Made by a program: the position numbers and the translations under genes. From positions 232,536 through 263,191 of the forward strand of contig RQSC01000005.1 of the NCBI GenBank assembly GCA_013416795.1: 30,656 nucleotides of DNA. Reading direction: 5' to 3'. This stretch comes from Prasinococcaceae sp. CCMP 1430. Its lineage: Eukaryota; Plantae; Prasinodermophyta. Below the pieces are notes generated by a model that did not search any database, was not told where the DNA came from, and worked only from the letters and a program-made list of their open reading frames with translations. Numbering within the stretch: position 1 is the first letter of the stretch; each line of letters begins with the position of its first letter. Positions 11,599 to 20,069 of the stretch are shown one piece after another.

Positions 11599-13413
11599 TC
11601 AGGGGTCCTGATAGATCAGCGGGGTGTAATCGGGGTCCCACTGCATCTCGCGAATGCGTTTGCGCATGCCGCACTCCCCCAGGCGCACCAGGTCGTCCAC
11701 CTTGAGGCCGCGGCCGCCCTCGGCGATGCCCTCCTCGATGGCCGTCAGCGCGACCGCCACGCCAATCTCGCGGCTGATCTCGCGGATGTTCTCAATGCGC
11801 GGGAAAATGCGCCCGCACTTGAGCACCTCCTCGGGCACGAGGTCGGCGAGCTTGATGGCTGCGGCAAGGAGCATGCCGTCGCTCACCTGCGTGGCGCCGC
11901 ACGCGAGCGCGCCCAGCCCCACTCCCGGGAAGAGGTACATGTTGTTGCCCTGGTTGGCGATGACGGGGAAGCCGTTGTGCTCCATCGGTGGGTTCTCGAA
12001 GGGCGACCCGCTGGCGAAGATGCAGCGGCCGCCGGTCGCTCTGAAGGCCGCCTCCGCGGTGCACTCGGCGCGGTCCGTGGGATTGCTCATGGGCATGATC
12101 GTCGGGCGCTCCGTGCTCTCGGCCATCGCCTGGAGCACGTCGGCGGTGAAGATCCCGCCCACGCCCGAAAGCCCCAAGAGGATCGTGGGCTTGACCTTCC
12201 GGATGGTCTCGGTGAGCGACATGCCATCCTCCAGGTCGTCGCGGGCGAATCCCCAGACCGCATCGGAGAGCCCCTCGCGCGAGGCGCCGATGAGGCCGTC
12301 CTTGTCGAGCATGTAGATGTTTCTTCGCGCGGCGGCGCACGCGCCCTTGCCGCCGCCGAGCATCTTCGCCACCGCCTGCACCACCATGGCCGCCACGCCG
12401 GTGCCCGCCGACCCCGCGCCCGCGAACACTATCTTCTCCTTCACCAGGTCTCCGGGGCTCAGGCCGCGCGCGCGCAGCGAGGCGAGCATCCCCGCGAGCG
12501 CCACCCCGGCGGTGCCCTGGATGTCGTCGTTGAACATGAGGCAGCTGCCCCTGTACCTGTTGAGCAGCCTGAGCGCGTGGCGCGTCTGGAAGTCCTCGAA
12601 CTGGACCAGGCAGTTGGGCCACCGGTTGTAGACGGCGTCCATGAACGCGTCGACCACGCGCAGGTAGGCGTCGCCCTCGAGGCGCGGCTGGTGCAGGCCG
12701 ACGTACTGCGGGTCCGCCCGCAGCTCCTCGTTGTTCGTGCCGACGTCGAGCACGCACGGCAGCACGCGGCTGGGCTGGATGCCGGCGCCCGCCACGTACA
12801 GGTCCAGCTTGCCGATGCACACGCCGATGCCTTGGATGCCGAGGTCGCCCAGGCCGAGCACGCGGGAGCCGTCGGTGACGACGATGATGTCGACGTCCTC
12901 GGCGGGCCAGTTGTACGTGATGGCGGGGAAGTCGGCGACGTCGTGCGCGGAGAAGTAGAGGCCGCGCGGCCGGCGGAAGAGCTCGGAGTATCGCTTGCAG
13001 GCCTCGCCGACCGTGGGCGTGTAGATGATGGGCGCCATCTCCTCGATGTTTTCGGTGACGATTTTGTAGTACAGGGTCTCGTTGCGCTCGAGCAGCGACC
13101 GGAGCTGCTTCCACTTCTGGAGCGGGTCTTTGCGCGCGTCGAACGCGTGGCGGAAGCGCTGGACCTGGGAGTCGATGGGCATCTGCCGCGGCGGCAGCAG
13201 GCCGCGCAGGCCCAGCCGGTCGCGCTCGCGCTGGGGGAAGGCCATGCCCTTGTTGTACCAAGGGTCGTGCAGCAGCTCGGCGCCGCGCTTGGTGACCACC
13301 TCCGTCGCCAGCGTCGGCAGGCCCTTCGACTTGGACTTGCGGTCCTGGGCGGCGGACGGCCCCGCGCGCGCGTCCTCGTCCCGCTCGCGGGCGGCCGTCC
13401 CCGGCGCGCGCTG
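11599..13413 (-). CDS. NAD-ME: Malic enzyme, most like plant mitochondrial NAD-ME; 5' end in gap
   Basis: LLHDPWYNKGMAFPQRERDRLGLRGLLPP, IIYTPTVGEAC, VTDGSRVLGLGDLG, GKLDLYVAGAGI, LDVGTNN, QFEDF, FNDDIQGTAGV, GAGSAGTG, PMSNPT..AEC, NQGNNMYLFPG. TGA at 11601-11599. The HDPW and KLDLYVA motifs favour the NAD-ME clade. Confidence 0.93.
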   Translation of the reverse strand, partial: QRAPGTAARERDEDARAGPSAAQDRKSKSKGLPTLATEVVTKRGAELLHDPWYNKGMAFPQRERDRLGLRGLLPPRQMPIDSQVQRFRHAFDARKDPLQKWKQLRSLLERNETLYYKIVTENIEEMAPIIYTPTVGEACKRYSELFRRPRGLYFSAHDVADFPAITYNWPAEDVDIIVVTDGSRVLGLGDLGIQGIGVCIGKLDLYVAGAGIQPSRVLPCVLDVGTNNEELRADPQYVGLHQPRLEGDAYLRVVDAFMDAVYNRWPNCLVQFEDFQTRHALRLLNRYRGSCLMFNDDIQGTAGVALAGMLASLRARGLSPGDLVKEKIVFAGAGSAGTGVAAMVVQAVAKMLGGGKGACAAARRNIYMLDKDGLIGASREGLSDAVWGFARDDLEDGMSLTETIRKVKPTILLGLSGVGGIFTADVLQAMAESTERPTIMPMSNPTDRAECTAEAAFRATGGRCIFASGSPFENPPMEHNGFPVIANQGNNMYLFPGVGLGALACGATQVSDGMLLAAAIKLADLVPEEVLKCGRIFPRIENIREISREIGVAVALTAIEEGIAEGGRGLKVDDLVRLGECGMRKRIREMQWDPDYTPLIYQDP

Positions 13414-14075
13414 NNNNNNNNNNNNNNNNNNNNNNNNNNNNNNNNNNNNNNNNNNNNNNNNNNNNNNNNNNNNNNNNNNNNNNNNNNNNNNNNNNNNNNN
13501 NNNNNNNNNNNNNNNNNNNNNNNNNNNNNNNNNNNNNNNNNNNNNNNNNNNNNNNNNNNNNNNNNNNNNNNNNNNNNNNNNNNNNNNNNNNNNNNNNNNN
13601 NNNNNNNNNNNNNNNNNNNNNNNNNNNNNNNNNNNNNNNNNNNNNNNNNNNNNNNNNNNNNNNNNNNNNNNNNNNNNNNNNNNNNNNNNNNNNNNNNNNN
13701 NNNNNNNNNNNNNNNNNNNNNNNNNNNNNNNNNNNNNNNNNNNNNNNNNNNNNNNNNNNNNNNNNNNNNNNNNNNNNNNNNNNNNNNNNNNNNNNNNNNN
13801 NNNNNNNNNNNNNNNNNNNNNNNNNNNNNNNNNNNNNNNNNNNNNNNNNNNNNNNNNNNNNNNNNNNNNNNNNNNNNNNNNNNNNNNNNNNNNNNNNNNN
13901 NNNNNNNNNNNNNNNNNNNNNNNNNNNNNNNNNNNNNNNNNNNNNNNNNNNNNNNNNNNNNNNNNNNNNNNNNNNNNNNNNNNNNNNNNNNNNNNNNNNN
14001 NNNNNNNNNNNNNNNNNNNNNNNNNNNNNNNNNNNNNNNNNNNNNNNNNNNNNNNNNNNNNNNNNNNNNNNNNNN
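13414..14075. other. Assembly gap containing the starts of the divergent NAD-ME and DUF1640 genes
   Basis: Run of N; both flanking frames are open into it. Confidence 1.
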
Positions 14076-15013
14076 GCGGCAGCAGCAACAGCAACAGCCC
14101 GGCCAGGGCGCGAGCGACCTCGGCCAGGCCCAGGCGAGGTCGCCCGGGGCGGGCGCGGGCGTGGACGGGGAGGCGGGGCGGCGAGCGCAGGTGCGCGCGC
14201 GCGCGGAGCAGCTCGAGCAGGACGAGCGAGACGCGGAGGAGCTGCGCGCCCCCATACGCGTGCGGCTCTCGCACGCCGCCGAGGGCGCGCGGCGGTCGGC
14301 CGACCCGGGCATGCACGACCTCGACATGCTCGCAATGCTCAACGAGCTGGAGGCCGTGGGCTTCACGCGCGAGCAGGCCGAGACCGCGTCGCGCGTGGTG
14401 GTCGCGCACAACGCCGAGCTGTGGGCGCGCTCCGGGCTGCGCTTCGCGGAGAAGCTCGACCTCGCGAAGCACGAGCACTCGAACGAGGCTGCCCGGAGCG
14501 TCTTCCACGAACAGATGGACAACCGGCTGTCGCAGATAATGTCGGACATGCGGCGCGACGTCGAGGGCGTGTCGACGGAGCTGCAGCGGCTGAGGGACGA
14601 CATGCGGTACGAGCAGGAGAAGCTGCAGACCTCGCACAGGCTCGACATGAACGTGCGGGCGCGTGCGCTGGCGCGCGCGCGCCCGAAAACGCGCGCGGGC
14701 GCGCAACTGCCGGCTCGGCGCCCCTCGGCCCCTGCCCCGCCTCGCTGACGTGCGCGCGACCGCGCGCGGGCCCCCGCAGCTCGAGAAGAATCGAATCAAG
14801 GAGGAGATGCAACAGATCGGCGACCGCATAGGGCACGCCGAGGGGCGGCTGGAGCGCATGGTGGCCACCACCGGCCACGAGAACAAGAACGAAATCCAAG
14901 AGGTGCGCACGCTGCTCGAGGCGTCCAAGAGCGACTTCCTGCGCTTCGGCATCGGCGGCGTCGTCTCCGTCGTCACCGTCGGCCTCACGTATTTGCGGTT
15001 CTTCCACATGTAG
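14076..15013 (+). CDS. DUF1640 / CCDC90-MCUR1-like mitochondrial coiled-coil protein with C-terminal TM helix, 5'-partial; exons <14076..14652 and 14780..15013
   Basis: DLDMLAMLNELEAVGFTREQAE...LRDDMRYEQEKLQTSHRLDMN joined to LEKNRIKEE...LEASKSDFLRFGIGGVVSVVTVGLTYLRFFHM. This follows the family pattern FDT..L...GF...QAE / RLDLNLEK.R / hydrophobic C-terminal tail. Intron 14653..14779 is GTGCG..CTGAC..GCAG. Confidence 0.88.
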
Positions 15014-15996
15014 TGAGTGGGCGTCCTCTTCTATAGGAGTAGTGCCCAGGTGGAGCTGCAGCAGGCCATGTTGCGCCTCCGCGTTTACTGTTACCACTGC
15101 CTGTAGGAAGCCCCAAACAAATTAGACCATGCTTCGACCCACCCGCGAGTGCCCCCCCCCAAGGGCCCCTGTGGCACCCCGCAGCGCGTGTTCGTGGTAA
15201 AGGCCGGCGAGGTGGGCATGCGTGGGCCAGGCGCACAGCGCGTGGGGGGGGGGTCTCCGTGGGCATATTTCGTGCGAGTTCGGCTAAAACCCTACCCAAA
15301 ACAACCCGAAATGGCCAAAATTGTTTTGAGATTGCACCAGGGCCGCCGCGCAGGTGCTGAAGGCGGGCCGGAGGCACTCCTTCTCTTCTGCGCGGAGCAG
15401 GGGGGGCGAGGGCTGTGGTGGGGTTGTGCCATCGTCGTCATCATCTGGAGGCGTCGGGGTGAGGGAAACCAAGCATTTCGTTACATAAATTACGCGATAC
15501 CAAGTATTTCGGGCATTATTCAAATTGCCAACATTTAGACGCCAATTGACTCTGTCCGGGCGCGGAGGGCGGAGATGTGGGAGCGGGAGCGGGGGAATAG
15601 CTTGCGCGTGTCGGCAGCGGAGTGCGTGACCTCTCGCGGGCGGCGTCGCGCAGGTGTGCGAGCGCAGAGCACGCTCGTTGTGCTCCCGCATGCGGCGCAC
15701 GCGAGTAAGAAGAAGTCGTTCCACTCAGCCGCGGTGGTTGTGTTCTCACGCGCGGAACGCGCGATGCAGTAAATTGTTCTTCTCAAAGCCCCCATAATGA
15801 CGGTGGGAAGGGAGGGAGGGCGCGTGAGTGAGTGAGGGTTAGTGTTGCCCACGGCGCGCGCTCTGGTGTGCGCGTAATAGCGCGGCGGCGATTGCGCGCG
15901 CGCGGTGAGTCGGTTGGCGCCGGGTCTTCTCGTCCGGTTGGGTGGTGTGTGTGGCACACTGATGAGCTCAAATTTTGACGATCCTGCGTGGTTTGT

Positions 15997-16136
15997 GTGG
16001 CCGTAGTTTAAAATCCGCTTGTACCAGAGCAGGTTAGCTATGTGGTTAGAATCTCTCGTTGTGGGCACGTTCGACGTAGACGTATCCGAGAAGACCCGGG
16101 CTCGACTTTTCAATTACGAGATTCCCGGCGGCCACA
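15997..16136 (+). tRNA. trnH-GUG: tRNA-His(GUG) with three introns; exons 15997-16010, 16042-16064, 16086-16106, 16123-16136
   Basis: The spliced product GTGGCCG TA GTTT AGTGGTTA GAAT C TCTCG TTGTGGC CGAGA AGAC CCGGG CTCGACT CCCGG CGGCCAC A is 72 nt, with a 7/7 acceptor stem, 5/5 anticodon stem, 5/5 T-stem and a GTTT/GAAT D-stem. Anticodon GTG, A73, no encoded G-1, and C54, as in plant cytosolic tRNA-His. Followed by a T6 run. Confidence 0.9.
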
Positions 16137-16139
16137 GAA

Positions 16140-16145
16140 TTTTTT
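16140..16145 (+). terminator. RNA polymerase III terminator (T6)
   Basis: TTTTTT begins 4 nt after the tRNA discriminator base. Confidence 0.75.
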
Positions 16146-16320
16146 GCTCGGATCCGCAACTTTTTTGCATTACTTTGACCTGTAACCATGCATTTCACGA
16201 AATTATGACATTTATTTCACGGAATTATAATACGAAGCGGATTCCGTTGGAATCCCATTATATCTGTGAATCCGAAGGGAACCCACGGTTCCCCGACGCA
16301 CCTTTCCCGCTGTTTTCCGA

Positions 16321-16378
16321 CGTTGCGGCGTTTTGCGAACACGAAGAGACCCGGGGTCGATTCCCGGCGGCCACAGAA
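16321..16378 (+). pseudogene. Degenerate partial tRNA-His duplicate (anticodon region, T-arm, acceptor 3' strand), lacking the T-loop intron
   Basis: 16347-16378 agacccggggtcgattcccggcggccacagaa matches the spliced 3' part of the upstream gene plus its gaa flank at 30/32. Upstream cgttgcggcgtt resembles cgttgtgg(gca)cgtt. No GTGGCCG 5' acceptor strand is present nearby. Confidence 0.7.
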
Positions 16379-16785
16379 GTTTACGGTACTTTTTGGAATT
16401 ACTGTACTGTACGAATCCACACCAGACCCTACATTGGGTCAAACCGTAAGTGCACACGTGGCGCGCCCTCGGCTTGGCGTGTGATCTTCATCCTCGCCAC
16501 GCGCAAGGGCGGGCGGGCGGGCGGGCGAGGGGGGGGTGTGCGGGCGAGCGTGCGCCAATGTAGTCCGCTCGCCGTCCGCTCTCAGCGCCACACGGGCGCG
16601 GCGCGGGCGCGCGGGGAGCCGAGCGCCCCCCCTCTTTGTCCGGAGCGCGCGCCCCGCGCGCGCGCTGCCGCTCCCGCGCGGCCGCGGCGCGCAGGCGCGC
16701 CCGACGCGGCGCCCTGCTGCAGGCCCTTCCCTTCCCAGTCCCCTCCAGCGCCTGACCGCCGCGCTCGCGCGCGTTGTCAGCCGCC

Positions 16786-19698
16786 ATGGCCATGGAGGTG
16801 CGCCGCGTGATCGGCGACGCCCACGACCTGCCCGTGCTGTGTGCCGCGTACAACCGCTCGCGCCGCGAGGTGTACTCGGGGGCACAAGACGCCCTCATCA
16901 AGGCGTGGGACGCCGACAGCGGGCGGCCGCTGCGCGTGATGGCCGGCCACAAGGGATGGGTGACCGACCTGTGCTTCGTGCCCAGCGTGCACGCTCTCTT
17001 TAGCTGCTCCACCGACGGCAGCGTGCGCGTGTGGTCGGAGAAGGGGCGCGCGGTGCAGTGCGTCGAGTTCGGCGAGCCGCGCGGACAGGCGTCGGCTGCG
17101 GCGGCGCATGCGGCGGCGGCGCCGGCGAGCGCGATGGCCGCAGCCGAGGCCGCGCGCGCTGCCAGAACGCGCTCGGATGGCCCGGTCTTCTGCCTGGCGT
17201 GGTCGCACAAGCGCCGTCTGCTCATCGCCGGCGGCAACGGCGTGATCCACATCTACAAGTGCAAGACGCCCGCCGAGCTGAGGAGGCAGGAGGTTGCGCG
17301 CGTGGCTCGCGGCGGCGGCGGCGGCGGCGGCCGCCGCGGCGGCTACAGCGCGCGCGCGTTCGGGGCTGCCACGGCGAGCGACGCCGACGGGACGGCAGGC
17401 TTCGCATCGGGGACGGACGGCTCCTCCGACGGAGACGCGCAGCGCTGCGTGCTCACGCACTTCGCGTGTGTGCGCTCGCACGGCGACATCGTGCGCGGGC
17501 TGTGCGTCAACGAGAGCGGCAGCAAGCTCTTCTCGACGGGCTTCGATCGCGCCATCTGCGTGTACGACATCGAGCGCCCGCACGACTTTCTCAAGGTCGA
17601 GAACTGCCACGACGGCGCCATCTGCGCCCTCGCGCTCGACACCGAGCACCACCGGCTCGTCACGGGTGCCAACGACGGGAGCTTCAAAGTGTGGTCGCAG
17701 GAGGGGCGCTGCCTGGACACCTTTCTCGGTCCCGACACGGTGACGGGCCTGGCGTATGTCCCCGCCACTCGCAACTACTGGATTGCGAGCGAGTCGGGGC
17801 GCTGCACCGTGTACGATCCGCGCTCGCCCATGGACATCTCTGGCTACGTGAGCGCGACCAGCAGCCTGGGCGACTTCGCTGCCATCCAGCACATCCACCA
17901 GCCGCCGGATGCGTCGGACGTGCTCGTGGGGCTCAGCTCGCAGCGGCAGCTGGTGATGTGGCAGTTCAACCCGTGTGCGGCGCAGCGCGTGCTCACGGGC
18001 CACGCCGACTGGGTGGAGGCGCTCTGCGTCGTCGAGCGCGGCATGGCCTACGACAGCCATGCCGAGGGGGGAAATTGGGGAAAAATCGCCGCCGCGGACG
18101 TCGGCGACGACGGCGGCGGCGGCGATCCGGCCGACGGGCTGGCGGGTGGTCGCAAGCGCCCCAGAGAGACGATCGTGTTCAGCGCGGGTGCCGACGGCGT
18201 GCTCCTCCGCTGGCAGCCGAGCCCGGAGCTCAACACTGACGTGTACACGTGCGTGGAGGAGCTGGCGGGCGGTCATCGAGGCGGCATCCTGTGCCTCGCC
18301 CACTGCGCGGAGCTCGACCTGCTGCTGACGGGCTCGGAGGACGCCAGCATCCGCGTGTGGCACCTCGATGGGCGCGAGGAGCTCGGCGCGCAAACGGCCG
18401 CGCGCAACAAACGGAGGGAACAGAGGGGGTTAGAGCCCCCGGCAGGTCCCGCGGGCCGCGAAAACCCGACAAAGGTCCCCGACGTGCTGCTCGGCCACGA
18501 GGGGCAGGTCAGCTGCCTCGCGGCGCTGGAAGGCGCCGTGCTTGCGTCGGCGGGCGCCGACTGCTCGCTGCGCTTCTGGGACCTCCGCACTCGCCATGAG
18601 ATTGCCTGCTTGGCTCGCGCGCACGAGGGCCCCGTTGCCGCGCTGTGCTACGGCGCGGAGCGCGCCGAGCTCGCGTCGTGCGGCCCCGAGGCTGTGGCCA
18701 AGGTGTGGTGCACGCGCTCGCACTCGCTCAAGTACGTGCTGCCCGCGGAGGGCGCCCAAGTCACTTGTCTGGGCTTTGTGCCCGCGGGCGTGGCGGCCCA
18801 GTGCGAGCGCGGCCACCGGCGGCTGCAGCAGCAGCTGCAACTCCGGCTCGCCGCGCGCGCGCGCGCGCGCGAGGCGGCGGCCGCGGAGTCCGAGCAGGAC
18901 GGACACCGCGCTGCTGGCGCCGCGGCCGTTATTGAGGCCCCGGCCGAGGACGACGGGGGCGTTATTGAATCGCCATCCTCGACGGAGGGGGGCCCTCACG
19001 CGGCCCTGAGCAGCGGCCACTGGGTCACCGCGGCGGACGACGGTGTGGTGCGCTTCTGGGACTGCGAGCAGGCCAGCGTGGTGTGGTCGCTGCCCTTTGA
19101 GGGCTCGAGCGCCGCGGCGCTCTTCGTCGACGCGAGCAACGCCGTGGTGCTGCTCGTCGCGCAGGACCGCCGCGTGCAGGTGGTCGACCTTGTGGGGCGA
19201 GCAACAGGGCGCGCGTACGCGGGCCACACCGACGCCGTGCGCTGCATCGCGCGCGTGGAGGGGCGCGGGCACTACCTGACGGGCTCGTGGGACAGGACCG
19301 TGCGGGTGTGGGCCTCTGCGGCCGCCGGGAGGGGCGTTCAGGTGAGGAGCAAGGGAGCATTAGGGGAGGACGCGGGCGAGGGGGAAGAGGAGACCGGGGC
19401 CGGGGAGGACGCCACGGGCAACTACTACGCGTCCAGCTACGAGGCGGAGCACCCGCTCGTGCCGCCGCGCGCGCTGCGTACGGACCGGGGCGTCCGCTCG
19501 CTGCTCAGCCGCATGAACGCCGCCGCGGAGGGCGCGGGCGCCGCCTCGGGCGCGCGCGGCGATGAGGAGGCCGCCGCGCGCACCGCGCTCGGCGGCAAGC
19601 TCGTGGACCTGGAGGGGAGCCTCCAGCACAGGTACTTCGGCGGGCCGCCGGTGCGCCGCAAGGTCGACGCCAAGGTCACGACCTCCTCCTCCGCGTGA
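16786..19698 (+). CDS. Large WD40-repeat protein (about 970 aa, two propeller-like clusters)
   Basis: One uninterrupted ORF with many WD motifs (GHKGWVTDL..STDGSVRVW, CHDGAICAL..ANDGSFKVW, GHADWVEAL, GHRGGILCL..SEDASIRVW, GHEGQVSCL..GADCSLRFWD, GHTDAVRCI..SWDRTVRVW). ATG at 16786 follows a CTGAC..TCAG acceptor (16780), so there is probably an upstream exon; a candidate donor GTAAGT is at 16446. Confidence 0.9.
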   Translation: MAMEVRRVIGDAHDLPVLCAAYNRSRREVYSGAQDALIKAWDADSGRPLRVMAGHKGWVTDLCFVPSVHALFSCSTDGSVRVWSEKGRAVQCVEFGEPRGQASAAAAHAAAAPASAMAAAEAARAARTRSDGPVFCLAWSHKRRLLIAGGNGVIHIYKCKTPAELRRQEVARVARGGGGGGGRRGGYSARAFGAATASDADGTAGFASGTDGSSDGDAQRCVLTHFACVRSHGDIVRGLCVNESGSKLFSTGFDRAICVYDIERPHDFLKVENCHDGAICALALDTEHHRLVTGANDGSFKVWSQEGRCLDTFLGPDTVTGLAYVPATRNYWIASESGRCTVYDPRSPMDISGYVSATSSLGDFAAIQHIHQPPDASDVLVGLSSQRQLVMWQFNPCAAQRVLTGHADWVEALCVVERGMAYDSHAEGGNWGKIAAADVGDDGGGGDPADGLAGGRKRPRETIVFSAGADGVLLRWQPSPELNTDVYTCVEELAGGHRGGILCLAHCAELDLLLTGSEDASIRVWHLDGREELGAQTAARNKRREQRGLEPPAGPAGRENPTKVPDVLLGHEGQVSCLAALEGAVLASAGADCSLRFWDLRTRHEIACLARAHEGPVAALCYGAERAELASCGPEAVAKVWCTRSHSLKYVLPAEGAQVTCLGFVPAGVAAQCERGHRRLQQQLQLRLAARARAREAAAAESEQDGHRAAGAAAVIEAPAEDDGGVIESPSSTEGGPHAALSSGHWVTAADDGVVRFWDCEQASVVWSLPFEGSSAAALFVDASNAVVLLVAQDRRVQVVDLVGRATGRAYAGHTDAVRCIARVEGRGHYLTGSWDRTVRVWASAAAGRGVQVRSKGALGEDAGEGEEETGAGEDATGNYYASSYEAEHPLVPPRALRTDRGVRSLLSRMNAAAEGAGAASGARGDEEAAARTALGGKLVDLEGSLQHRYFGGPPVRRKVDAKVTTSSSA

Positions 19699-20069
19699 CC
19701 GACCTCTGCAGGACCGAGTGCGAGCGAGCGAGCTCGTTCTAAATGCGAGCGCGCTCGCACTTAGGAAAGGCACACGTTGTGCGGTGGAGGTCCGCGAGCT
19801 CGCGGCGCTTGGCGGCAGCTGCGGCCGGCGAACAAACAGTCAGGCTCAGTCTTTAAAAGAAGGGAGGGCGCGCCCAATACATGCGCGCTCCCTCTCTAGG
19901 TCTAGCCAAGGTTGTTGTTGGTTGGGTGTCCGGGTTGTCGCATTGCACATCCGCGCCGCTGCCCGCATTCGGGGGGCGACGCCGCGCCGCGCGCGCGCGC
20001 GCCCCCCACTGCGCAGGTCGCTCCAGATTCATAAATTGCGTCGCAAACCGGGGGCGGGCGCCCCGGGCG

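Noticed and set aside
16341-16480. Circularly permuted tRNA (3' half followed by a downstream 5' half)
   Set aside because: No GTGGCCG/GTGGCTG plus D-arm sequence follows the 3' half, so permutation is not supported here.
16019-16810. 263-aa ORF (MYQSRLAMWLES...) in the AT-rich island
   Set aside because: It overlaps the tRNA-His gene and its remnant, has atypical composition and no recognisable domain, and ends in intron-like GC repeats.
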